A stretch of 64,000 nucleotides of DNA from an uncultured virus (IMG/VR IMGVR_UViG_3300038303_000074) (lineage: Duplodnaviria; Heunggongvirae; Uroviricota; Caudoviricetes), in IMG/VR virus record IMGVR_UViG_3300038303_000074; one strand, written 5' to 3'. The notes under the pieces were generated by a model that made no database searches, was not told the origin of the DNA, and saw only the letters and a program-made list of their open reading frames with translations. The position numbers and the translations under genes are program-made. Shown here one piece after another: positions 37,642-49,600 of the stretch (positions within the stretch are counted from its first letter, which is position 1; the number at the start of each line of letters is the position of its first letter).

Positions 37642-38665
37642 AGACAGTGGCGGCAGCGCGCAGAGCCAGACGACAACGAACACGGGCCTGCCTTCATACG
37701 TAGCCCCTTACTATGATCGGCTGCTCCAGCGCACCGAGGCTGAAAGCAATCAGCCCTACACGCAGTACAACGCCCCCCGGGTCGCGGACTTCGCGCCGGA
37801 CACTGTGTCAGCATTCGACCAGACGCGTGGCATGGGCTCTCCTCAGGAGTTCAACATTGCCGGTCTGCGTCAAGGGCTCGGCACGATGTACGAGGCGGGC
37901 GGGATCAACAACAATTATAACGCTGCGAGTTTCAGCGGCGGCGAGTTCGACAATGCCGCAGCCCAGAAGTACATGAACCCGTACACCAACAACGTGCTCG
38001 ACCGGCTGCAGGAACGATCCCGCCAGCGCTTCGGTGAGCAGCGTGCAGATCGCGACGCACTGGCCATTCAGGCCGGGGCCTTCGGCAACGATCGCCGAGC
38101 CGTCGCCAACCGCATCGCGCAGAAAGACTTGAACCAGCAGCTGGCTGATACCGAGGCGACCCAGATGTCGCAGGCTTATCAGAGCGCGCAGGGTCAGTTC
38201 GAGGCCGACCGTGCAGCACGTCTGCAGGCCGAGGGCATGTCAGAACAAGGTCAGGTACAACAGGGGCAGATGGATACGGCGGCACAGGTGGCTCAGGAGA
38301 GCGCCCGGCGGGAAGCGGAGACCCTTGGTCTCGGTGCCGCAGGGCAGCTGGCAGGTCTGGGTCAGGCACGTCAGGCCGCAGACCTCGCCCGCATCGGTGC
38401 GCTGGGCAACATCGGTCAGATGCAGCAGCAGCAGAAGCAGGCTCAGCTGGACATCGCCCACACCGACTTCATCAACCAGCGCGACTTCGAGCGTGCCCAG
38501 CTGAACTTCATGGGCGGCGCGCTACGCGGCACGCCGGTGACGCCAGTGTCGGACGTGGCGAGCTACCAGCCGCCGGTCAATCCGCTCAGCAACATGATGG
38601 GCGCGGGCATCGCCGGGCTCGGCATGGCGCAGCAGTATCAAAACCTGCAGCAGGGGTATAGCTGA
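37634..38665 (+). CDS. Putative DNA ejection/pilot protein
   Basis: AAGGAG RBS; YMNPY, AGAFG, Gln-rich helices. Confidence 0.7.
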   Translation: MGKDSGGSAQSQTTTNTGLPSYVAPYYDRLLQRTEAESNQPYTQYNAPRVADFAPDTVSAFDQTRGMGSPQEFNIAGLRQGLGTMYEAGGINNNYNAASFSGGEFDNAAAQKYMNPYTNNVLDRLQERSRQRFGEQRADRDALAIQAGAFGNDRRAVANRIAQKDLNQQLADTEATQMSQAYQSAQGQFEADRAARLQAEGMSEQGQVQQGQMDTAAQVAQESARREAETLGLGAAGQLAGLGQARQAADLARIGALGNIGQMQQQQKQAQLDIAHTDFINQRDFERAQLNFMGGALRGTPVTPVSDVASYQPPVNPLSNMMGAGIAGLGMAQQYQNLQQGYS

Positions 38666-40659
38666 TGAATATTCTTGAAGTCCAGGACAAGCTGAAGGAC
38701 CTCAGCGACAAGCAGTTGTACGGTCGCATGCAGACGCCGGACGGACTGGCACCCCAATATCTTATTCTGTCGGAGATGACCCGACGGCGCGACATGCGGC
38801 GTGAAGCTGACGCCCCTAATGGACAACTTCCCGAAGCCCCTCTGTCGGAGACAATCCCACAAGAGCTTCTGGGGTCCGCCGCTCAGGGTGGCGGAGGTGT
38901 CCCTGCCCCCACCGGCCCGGGTGGCGGACAGCAGATGCAGCAAGGTTTGGGGAGCGTCGTGCCTCAGGGTCCGCAAGGGCCTGTGGCTAACGCTGGTGCC
39001 CGCGGGTTTCACTCGGGGGGCTCCATAGCGCCTCACGCTCCGCACGCGCCTGCTCCGAGACCCCTGTCGCCAGCAGTCCGGGCAAAGGTAAAAGCGCAGA
39101 ACGAAGCCTGGGACCTGAAGCAGAAGCGGGGAGCGTACCAATCAAACGGCATGCAAGTCCCAAGCTGGCTGCAACCCCAGCAGTCTGCAGGCGACAACTG
39201 GCGCGGGCTGGGTATCGACGCTCTCAAGTACGCGAAGCAGGGCGTGCAGGGCGTTCAGAATTTCGGCAACGGCGTCGTCGAGTGGGCTGAAAACAACATC
39301 GGCGACGACGGCATAGACAACTTCGTCCGCGACACCAAAGGTGCTGTGTCTGACGTAGCCCGAGACGCAGGCATCGCAGGCATCGACGCTGCGAAAAAAG
39401 GCGTGCAGTCCATCCAGCGCGGGTCGGCTAACAAGGCCAGCGCACTGCGCAAAATGCTGACCGACAGCATGGGCAAGGTCGACTACGCCAACACCGGGCA
39501 AGGCAAGCCGACGACTTCAGGCGGCGGCGCGGCTCCAAATTTCCCTCGGGAGCGAGGCGCGGGTCCGCTCACGCCTGAAGAGGCAGCACATTTTTCAGGT
39601 AGCGCGCGCCCAAGCATGGACCGCGTCAATCCAGCACCCCTCGTGGATGGGTCGTGGGACAAGTGGGTAGACAGCCATGACTGGGTGAAGCGAGCAGCGG
39701 GCCCAGACACCACCGGGTACGCAGCAGCTCAGCAACGCACACGGGACGCGGAGGCCATGGAAGGCCACATGCGCGGCGACCCGCGCAAGTTCGACGACCG
39801 CGGCACCTCAGCATCCCCAGCATCCGCAGCATCTCCGGCAGGCCAGAAGAAAACTGTGCCGCTGCCGAAGAACAAGCCCGCTCAGGCTGCGGACAGCTCA
39901 CACCCCGGCGGCATCGGCGACACAGAGACTGGTCTCGGCGCTGCAGCCAAGGCGAAAGCCCGGGACGCTATCGCCCAGATGGGCGTGGACATGGAGCAGG
40001 CGAAGGCCGACGGCGACGTCAATCGCTACACTGCGATCAAGCAGAAGATCAAGGACTACGAAGCAGGTATCGGCAAGGCGCGCAAGCGGGCCGGAGCCAA
40101 CCTGATGATGCGCGCCGGTCTCGGCATGATGGGCCAGCGCGGCAGCTTCGGCGAGGCTCTGCGCAAGGGCGTGCTGCCTGCCATGGACGCCAACGAGCGC
40201 GAGATGCAGGGCATCCGGGCTGACGAGCGTGCCGTCATGGGTATGGAGACTGGACTGGCCGGAGCGCTGACACAGCGTGACGCGGCTAAGGGTCAGGCGG
40301 CTGCGGCGCAACGCAAGCAGGATGAAGTCGAACGCTCGAACCTCGTCAATGAATTGCAGGGCCGCGAGCGGCTGTCCATTCAGGAGATGACCGCCGGAGC
40401 GCAAAAGCTCAGCGCACAAGCGCGCATGCTCACGGCCAAGGCCGCACAGGCAGGCGGCATGTCCAAGACGGACAAGACCGCGATCTCTCGCATAATCACC
40501 TCTGCCATGCCGATAGCGAAGCAGATGGTGGTGGACGGGCTCGCCACAAACGTAACCGACGCCATGAAAAAACTAAGCCTCGACGGCATCATCCAGTATG
40601 CGCACCATACCGGTAAAGGTGGCGGCGATGAGCGGCCTCGCAGGGCAAAACAGGAGTAA
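38665..40659 (+). CDS. Putative internal virion protein
   Basis: 664 aa Ala/Gly/Gln-rich, between the pilot and giant proteins. Confidence 0.65.
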   Translation: MNILEVQDKLKDLSDKQLYGRMQTPDGLAPQYLILSEMTRRRDMRREADAPNGQLPEAPLSETIPQELLGSAAQGGGGVPAPTGPGGGQQMQQGLGSVVPQGPQGPVANAGARGFHSGGSIAPHAPHAPAPRPLSPAVRAKVKAQNEAWDLKQKRGAYQSNGMQVPSWLQPQQSAGDNWRGLGIDALKYAKQGVQGVQNFGNGVVEWAENNIGDDGIDNFVRDTKGAVSDVARDAGIAGIDAAKKGVQSIQRGSANKASALRKMLTDSMGKVDYANTGQGKPTTSGGGAAPNFPRERGAGPLTPEEAAHFSGSARPSMDRVNPAPLVDGSWDKWVDSHDWVKRAAGPDTTGYAAAQQRTRDAEAMEGHMRGDPRKFDDRGTSASPASAASPAGQKKTVPLPKNKPAQAADSSHPGGIGDTETGLGAAAKAKARDAIAQMGVDMEQAKADGDVNRYTAIKQKIKDYEAGIGKARKRAGANLMMRAGLGMMGQRGSFGEALRKGVLPAMDANEREMQGIRADERAVMGMETGLAGALTQRDAAKGQAAAAQRKQDEVERSNLVNELQGRERLSIQEMTAGAQKLSAQARMLTAKAAQAGGMSKTDKTAISRIITSAMPIAKQMVVDGLATNVTDAMKKLSLDGIIQYAHHTGKGGGDERPRRAKQE

Positions 40660-40662
40660 GCG

Positions 40663-43600
40663 GTGTCGTATTTTATTCGGGATGCGGGCGGTGTTCCTCA
40701 CTATTTTAACGACGACGTAAGCGAAGACGAGGCCAACGACCTCCTCGACGCGCGAGAGACTGAGCCCGTAGCACCCCCTGAAGAAGCTGGACTGGGCGAC
40801 ATCTTCGGACGTGGCGTTGATCTTGGACAGGGCATGGCCTACGGCACTGTCGAAGCTGCAGGCGAGCTACTCGGCGTTGACGCGCTGACCGAGTGGGGCG
40901 GCGAAGGCCGTGAGCGCAACCGCGCAGAGGCGGAAGCTGTCCAGCGGTCAGGCGGCGTGCAAGACATCAGAGGTGTAGGCGACGCAGCTTCATGGGTTGC
41001 AGAGACTGTCGCCGAGCAGGTGCCGCTGATGGCTCCTTCAATGGCAGGCGGCGTAGCTGGTGCAGCTATCGGCACCGCGATCGCGCCCGGTCTGGGCACC
41101 TTTATCGGCGGCGCGCTCGGCGCGTTCGTACCTTCATTCTTCCTTGGCGTCGGCGAGACGCAGGGCATCATTAAAGAGAAAGGCGGCACCGCACCCGGTG
41201 CAGCTTTCATCGGCGGCACCGCGATCGCTGCACTCGACAGCGCGCTACCCGGCAAGGTTGGCGGAGATATCGTCGCCTTCCTGACCAAGAAGTTCGGCAA
41301 GGAGGTTGGTGAAGAGGCTGCAGAGACTGTCGCCACCAAGGTCCTGACAAAACGCATGGCTGTCGCAGCTGCAGGTGCCAAAGGTATGGCCGTTGAGGGC
41401 GTGACGGAAGCGATCCAGGAAGCCATCGGCGAGATATCCGCTTCGATCGGCACCGACACAGACATTGACTGGGAAGGCATGCGCCACCAGATGATCGAGG
41501 CCATGGCTGCAGGCATGCTGATGGGCGGCGGCATATCCGCTGCAGTGGAAGCCCTGCCCAAGAAGCAGGCGGACGCTAAGAAAAAGAACGACGGCAGCAC
41601 CTCTACGATCGAGGAGCGCCCGGCGCTGCTTCAGCTGACGGATCAGCGCACGCCTGAGGCTGACCTGTACGCCAAGTTCGAGACCATGCAGTCAGAGGTT
41701 CTGGACGTCACCGAGAACCAGCCGACCCATGACATGAATATCCAGCCTACGGACGACGCCCAGGGCTTCCAGATTTATCGTGACGGCATCGCTATCAGCG
41801 AGCAGTTCGATACCGCTGTCGAGGCACAGGTCGCACGCAACCAGATGGTCGAGCAGGAGCTCACGAGCACCGACGACCCTACAGCTTTCGCAGAAGCCTA
41901 CCACGGGAAATTCTTCGAGGCTCATTACGCCGCTGCCGTTACCGTGCCCGCAGACCGCCACGGGCAAGAGATGGTGGCCGACTTCAGTCTTGCAGGTATC
42001 CAGCGCCGCGCTGGTGTCGGGAAAGAAACCGCCAAGGCGATCCGCGAGGCCATGGTCGCGCGGAAATTCCTCGTCAAAAAAGGCAAGCGCTACGAGCGCG
42101 CCGTCGTCAAACCTGTCGACGTACGTTACGACACCGTACAGGCAGTATCGCCCGAGGGCGTGAAGTCATACGCCGTCGTCAAGGAAGAAGTTTTTCCGAA
42201 CGGTAAAGTCACCCGCACGCCAACAGAGGTCCTGCCAGTCACGCCTGACGGAAAGGAAAGTGAAGTCGACGCCGCTATTCGTGTGGAGCAGGCAGCACGC
42301 AAGGCAGCTATCGCCGCCACGCCCAAGGACGCACTGAAACGCGAGTACGACGAGCTCCAGGAACAGCGTCAGAAAAGCGTCGAGGACAACGAAGCTGTCA
42401 GCAATAACCCCCGGTCCCGCGAGATTGAAGCGCGAGCTATCGACGAGGGTATGGTCGAGGGGGCAATGCCCTACGAAGCCAACCCCGAGTTCGTCAAGCT
42501 CACCGACGAGCTGAACGCACGGGCGAAGAAGTACGGCATCACCGACCCGATCGTAAAGCTGGTCGACTACCTGCGCGGTAAAGCCACCGGCAGTGAAGGC
42601 AAACGCAAGCGCTACAGCGGCACGGAAGGCTCATACCTCGACGGCGTCATCCAATTGGCGCAGAACGTCTGGGCCCCTGAGCACCTGACGACAGCGATGC
42701 GCAAGGAAATCTTCGGCAGCGATCCCGTGACCGAGCTGTCGTTCGAGCAGAAGCTGGCCAGCCTGTCGCAGATACTGGATCATGAAGCTATTCACGCCCT
42801 GAAGGCTCTGGGCGTGTTTAGTGACGCGGACTGGAAAGCGCTGACCAAGTACGTGGCCAACGCCAAGTTCAAAGGCACCGGCGAGACCTACATGCAGCGC
42901 GCCATGCGCCTGTACGCCCCCGGCGGCGTGCCTACCCACCCATCCTACGCCAACGAAGACGGGTCGCCCAACCTGCCCGTGATCGCAGAGGAAGCGATCG
43001 CTGACGCATTCCGCTACTGGATGGCCAACGGCCAGAAGGGCGTGGCGGGCAAGCCGCTGTCGCTCTTCAAGCGCATGCTCAACTTCTTCCGTGGCGTCAG
43101 CGAGAGCGTATCAGCGGTCGCCGGTGGCGAGGCAGTGCTCGGTCGGATCGCACGCGGCGAGCTGGGTGGGAGTGGCGCTGCACGCGCGGGTCCTGAGATG
43201 CAGAGCGTTCGGGGCGGCGAGATGTTCAGCATGCGCGAGCCGAACGGGCTGTACAGTCAGGCCTCCAGAGCCGCCCGCACTGACCCCGGCAAGCGCACCG
43301 CGCAGCAGTGGTACAAACACTTCGAGAAGAACAACGTCAAGAAGGCTGAGCTGGACTGGGTCGTCGGCCTCGACGAGTTCCTGAAGTCTGCCAAGTCCGT
43401 CAACGGCGAAGACCTCGCAGCTTTCATCGACCAGAACGGCGTGGCGCTGGACGAGGAGACGCGGGGCTTTGAAGAGTACAAAAACGTCCGCGACGCAATT
43501 AACGATGCGGTCAGCGAAAGTCTGGAAGCCAACCTCGCCTTCCGTGCTGCGGTACGCACATACGACATAGACCCCGACGACGTGTCCGCAGTGTTGGAAG

Positions 43601-46600
43601 CCTACGGCGAACGCGATCCGCTCCAGGCAGAGCAAGCCTCGCTGCCCGAAGAGTTTCTCGACGCCGCCAGTGACATGGTGGTCGCGAGCGAGTACGCGCA
43701 TCAACTGCAAGGTCAGAGCCATGAAGACCTGACGATACCGAAGTTCGCCCAGTACACCTTGGGCGAGGGCAACGCCGAGAACATCCGCGAGTGGTACCTG
43801 ACCGTCCCGAAAGACAAGTCACCTGCCAACCAGCTGGTGGAAGACTGGCTCGTACCCCGTGCCCACCGCATTGGCGATAGCGTAGCTGACAACCGGCTCG
43901 TCGTCCGCATCCGCACGTCCGACCGCACACGCGCCGACGGCGCGCTGATGCTGTTCATCGAAGAGATGCAGGGCGACCGTCAGCAGGCAGCGCGTGAGGA
44001 GGGGTGGCGCAAGCCGCAGCTAACGGCAGACGATGTCGAAGTCACGATGTATACAAAAACAGAAGTTGAGAATGCTCCACCGGGGCACCCAACTGCAGGC
44101 ATAAGCTCCAGCCTGTTTGACGAGCATTTTCTGTCAGGCGCACGGGAGCGGTTCACAGCGCCGGGTGAAGTGCCGGGCGACCGAGTGTGGGTTGCCACGG
44201 ACAAGCGCGACGACAGCGTCCTGACCATAAATGTTGTCAGCGAGCAGCGCGCGCGGGACAGCGCAGTCACAACTGAAACAGATCGCAGGGTGACCAAGAC
44301 CCGGGCGAAGGTGCGAGAGCTGCGCCGAGACGCCCGAGACGTTCTCAGGAGCGTTGACAACCTCGGCTTCGACACAGTGGCAGAGGCGCTGGGCGCGGTC
44401 ATAGAAGAAGTGCATTGGAGCAACATCTGGGACGCCAGCGACATGTCGCGACCCGACAGGAAGGTACTGGACGACTACCGCGACTACGTGAACGAACTCT
44501 CCATGCTGGTCGAGCGGCAGACCCGCGAGGCGAAAGGTTCCGGCGTCGGCCATATCCCCTTCGCCAAGACCGATGACTGGACGTCGCTCGCTCTCAAGCG
44601 CGTGCTGATACAGGCCGTGCATGAGGGTTATGAAAGTATCGGCTGGACGACGGGCGATATGCAAAGTGAGCGGTATACTCTCGAAGAGAAGCTTACCGAC
44701 ATCTACTACACCGATAGAGGCAACGGCCTCTACGACGTGGTCGCGCACAGAAACCCGGAGTTTGGCGCGTCAGGTACGGTCGAGGTGTTCGATCAGGCCA
44801 GCATGTCCCGCGACGAGATGGCGAAAATCTTCGGCCCTGAACTGGCCGAGCAGATCGTGAAGGACGAAGGCAAGCCCGCCGACCTTGAGGGCTTTGAAGG
44901 CGCGGCTATCGAGAATATCGAAGGCGCGTTCCTGCGTGGCCGCGGCGACGGCATGCGGTCGTACTACGACAAGATCGTCGGCAAGAACGCCAACACTATC
45001 GGCAAGAAGGTTGGCGCGAAAACCCGTGTGGCGGAACTGCTGTACGCGGGTGAGGATGAAGTTACCTCGCCGTTCGTTGTGAAGGATAATTCGGGGAACA
45101 TACTCCAGGAGTTCCGCTCTTACGACAACGCTCTGGACTACGTCAAATCGTACTCGGATGCGGAACAGCCGTTACATGTGGAGAGCTACAACGAAACCAC
45201 TTCCGTCTGGGAACTGCCGATCACTGACAAGCTGCAGGGCATCGTCAAGGGCGAAGGCCTGCAGATGTTCAGCATGCGCGACGAGCCCTTCAAGAACCAG
45301 ACGCCGAAGGAAGCCACGTTCACACGCGCCACTACCAACATCCACTTCCAGCGGTGGATGAAGCGCAAGCATGTAGGCGAGACGCCGACGTTCGAGATGG
45401 TGGACGAGTACCAGAACGGCCCGATGTTCTCGCTGCGCCCGGCGTCTGTCGGCTTCCACAGCAAGCTGGAGCAGCAGGTCGAGACGGTAGACCTTCCGGG
45501 CTGGCGTCAGAAGAAGGGCCAGAACGCCCTGCCCATGGCGAAGAGCAAAGAAATCTGGGACAAGATCAAGACGCTCGGCATCAAGAAAGAAGAAATCAAG
45601 TGGACCGGCATTGAGGACTTCCTGAAGACGGAAGATGCCTTCACCCGTGACGAGGTGCTGGGCTTCCTGCGCAGCAACGGTCTGGTGCTGGAAGAGCGCG
45701 TCGCCGATCTGTCACGCAGTCAGTTTAACGCAAACACACATGGCGACGGCGAAGAGGGTTTCGACGGTGAAGGTCGGCCTTACTTCAACGGCTGGAACTG
45801 GTCCGAGAGCGTTATCGATGACTACGACGAGATCAACTACCACGCCGAGAGCATCACCGAGAACATTGAAGAGTACTATATCTACGACATTGCGCGGCAC
45901 AACTTCATACAGGAAAACCGCGAGCGCATTCTGCAAGAGGTTTTCGGCGACAACGTACCTATCGTCGGGCAGCGGCGTTTTGATTTTGCAGTGGGCGACC
46001 TCGGCGGGGACGTCGTGGAGCAGAGCGAGTTCGACGACGCCGTAGAGGAATACGTTGACGAGAACCACAAAGACGAAATCGTCGATAGCCTGGAGGACGC
46101 CATCAGCGAGATGGCATCGGAGAACTATTACGACAACCCCGTTATCGAGATGTACGACAGCACCCACAACGTAAGGATCACGGGTAATAACGATCAGGGC
46201 TGGTACAACCACGACAGCGGCGACATGGCCTACGATCTGCCAGAGGCAGAGACGAACGCCTTGCAGCATCTAACGGATAACGACCGCATCGGGTACGCGC
46301 TTGACGAAGATATCAACGACGACAACGAAGGTACGGATGCCGAAGTAGATGCTAGCGAGCGCCCCGTCGAGGCTGACGTTGCCCAGTGGGGGCAGTACGT
46401 CATGGAGGGTAGTCACACAAACTACCGCGAGATAAAAATCATCATGCCCGGTCTGGAGCATGACTACTACAAGACCTCGCACCATCCCGACAACAAGATC
46501 ATCGCCTTCAACCGGGTGACGACGCGCGAGCTGCGCTACCGCCCGAAGGGCGAAGACACCCGCGGTGCGATCGACGCGTTCGTGACGGTGGACGGCGAGA

Positions 46601-49600
46601 CATACCTTCAGCTTAAAGAGCAGCTGAAAGCAGCCGCGGAAGAAGAGGCCGCCCGCAAGGAAGTGTGGGAGCGCCGGTCGAACGAGATCATCTCAGAGGT
46701 CAGCGGCTTCGGTGACGCTGCCATGGTGCAGGAAGAAGTGCAGCGGCGCGGCGCAGACGGCATTGCGTGGCAGACAGAAATTGTGGAGAAGGTGCAGGCG
46801 CGGCGTCGCACTGACATGGGCTACGCCCTGTCGCAGAAGAAGTTTGAAGAGGCCAAAGAAGCGCACGACAAACTGCAGGGTAAGGCGCACGCAGAGCTGG
46901 CACGCTGGAACATGCAGAACCCGGACATGAACGCGTTCATCAGGACGTACTTCCTGGACGAGGCTCAGTCCGATCTGCACCAGTCTGGCAAGCGCGGGTA
47001 CAAGACCGGCGCTGACGTGGCTGAGTTGCGTCGGGTTAACCTGGACGCAACGGCAGCTTTGCGTGCCGCGGTAGGTGCTGCGGTGCGAGATGCGCAAAGA
47101 GACCCTCGTCAGTACAGCACGTATCTGAAAATGAAAACTGCGGTTGACGGTTACGGGAATGCGACAGGGCGTCTGAAAGGGGCGGTGTGGTACCACGCCA
47201 TGCAAGGTTTGGTGGAGGACCGTAGCGCATACTCCTTCGATAAAGCAGACGGCAAAACCGCTGACCTACTGCTTACTTTGCCGGGCGCGAAAAAGAAAGT
47301 ACTGCCGCTTATCAAGGCGTGGAAAAAAGCCGCCGACGCAGAGTACGCAGAAGTCAGCGGCCCGCCCGACGCGCCGTTCAAGGACAACGCATGGATCGAC
47401 CTGGCCGTCAAACGCGCCCTGATCGACGCCGTGGCGAACGGCTACAAGGCCTTCGGCTGGCCGAACGCAGTCGTGATGGAGAAACGCTGGTCGGCGACAT
47501 ACCGCAAAGCCTATGAGTATGAGTACGATCAGAAAATCCGCAGCCTCATCAGCGGTCTGCTGGGTACGAAGGTCCACGAGTTCACGCTGGACGGCGAGAC
47601 CTACGATCGCTCGACACCGTTCAAGCAAGGCAAGAAGGGCAAGAAGGGCAGGCCCGATGCGCCTGACACGCCTGCATACACGGGCAGTAACGAAGGCGAC
47701 AAGGGCTACTACATCGCAGAAATCCCTGACGCGGTCGCCGCCGAGATCAAGGAGAACGGCTTCCCCATGTTCAGCATGCGGGATACTTCAGCCGCCCCTG
47801 AGCAGGCACAGGCCCGCGCACCCTACGAGTTCGCCTCCGACAAGGCGCTGGGGCGCACGACGAACGACGATGGCGAGCCGCTGTCCACCAAGGCGGGCAT
47901 CGACTTCAAGGTCCTGCTGCGCGACCACGGTATCGAGGGCGAGATGTTCAGCATGCGTCCGAAGGACGCTTACGATCCCGTGCCGAACCCGAACGGCGAC
48001 ATGCTCTGGGCGCGCTTCAAGCTGAACGGCAGGGACACCGCGATCATGATGCCGCGCGGCGAGTGGTACAGAGATAAAGACGGCGAGATGCGCGGCTTCG
48101 GCGTGCGCAAGATGGCCCGCAAACATGGCAAGGACATCACTGCGGTGGGCTTCGAGAGCATCGGTGAATACGCCCTGGCTTTCTCCGAGCACATCCGCAT
48201 CAACGCACCATTCCACTTCCGCGAGGGCGTCACCAGACTTACGTCTGGCGTGCTCAAGGTGCAGCGGATACCGCGCGGTAAGGAAGGCAAGCCTGATCGC
48301 TACGCCTTCTTCTGGGACGAGCCTTCGTTCAAGGTCGACGGTGTCCCGGTCACCGCACGCATGGCGTTCGACCACACGCTAACACCTAACGGCGAGCCTG
48401 ACGTCTTGCTGATGATCAGCGGGTATACTGAGGCAGACAACGTTGGCGATCGCTACCGGTCAGCCACGCCGTGGTCGGATCAAGACGTAGCCTACTCGTT
48501 GCGTGATGAAGACGCGGCGAACGTCAAGGCGATCGAGCGCCCCGCCATCAAATATAAAGGTAAGATTTATCGGGGCGAGCCGAGGCAGCAACATAGCGAC
48601 ATCGTTCAGCAGTCGTCTGAAATTGATAACGGTATGATATGGTTCGGGCGCGACGCAGACGGTAACACTTTGACCGAAGGGTTCATCGTGACCCGTGAGT
48701 ACGGTGGGGGTTTCGTTGACCGCGCCGAGGCCTTTACGCTCGCCGTAGACGCGGGCCAGTACGACGGCGGTAGCTGGGGGCGCGGCCCCGGGCTTTTGCT
48801 AAGCGATGCCCCAGGGCTTAAATACTCCATCCGCGACACCAACCCGGGCGAGCGCCTGTCGCAGCAAGATATCGAGACCGGCCAGCAGGCCGAGGCTCAG
48901 ATGCATGTCGACTTCACGCGCAGCCAGACCGAGGGCATCATCGCCTCACGTCTGCACCAGGCAGGACGCAACAGCAAGGTCGTCGACTGGCGCATCAAGC
49001 TGGAAGACTACATGCTTGGCGTCAAGCTGATGCAGGAGGAGGTCGGCAGCCACGGCATCCGCATCGAGGATTGGATGAACACCTACCTCGAAGAGCAGCT
49101 GCACGGCAGTGCCGCCATGGACCTGATCCGCAACGTCGATAAAGATTTCATCCAGCCGCTCACCGAGATGCTCAAGAGCAACACCAACGACGTCCAGCTC
49201 GGTGACCTCGAAGACTACCTCTACGCCCTGCACGCGCCGGAGCGGAACGCTCGGCTTAAGGAACAGGGCTCGGCCGAGGATCATCCGTCCGGCATGAGCA
49301 ACGCCGACGCGGCTGCGCACATCGCCCGGCTGCGCCAGGAAGGTAAACTTGGAACGCTCCAAACCATGAACGCGTTCGTCAAGGGCATCCGTGAGGAGAG
49401 CACCCGCATGCGGGTCGAGAGCGGACTGATCAGTCAGGAGATGGCTGACGAAGGCCGCAGGCTCTACCCCAACTACGTACCGCTGCGCGGCTACGTCGAC
49501 GAGAACGCTGATCCCGATCTGGATACGCAAGACATCCGGGCCCGCCTCGGCCTCGGCATGGACGTACGTGGCCGCGAGAGCCGGTCGCCAACTGGTCGCC

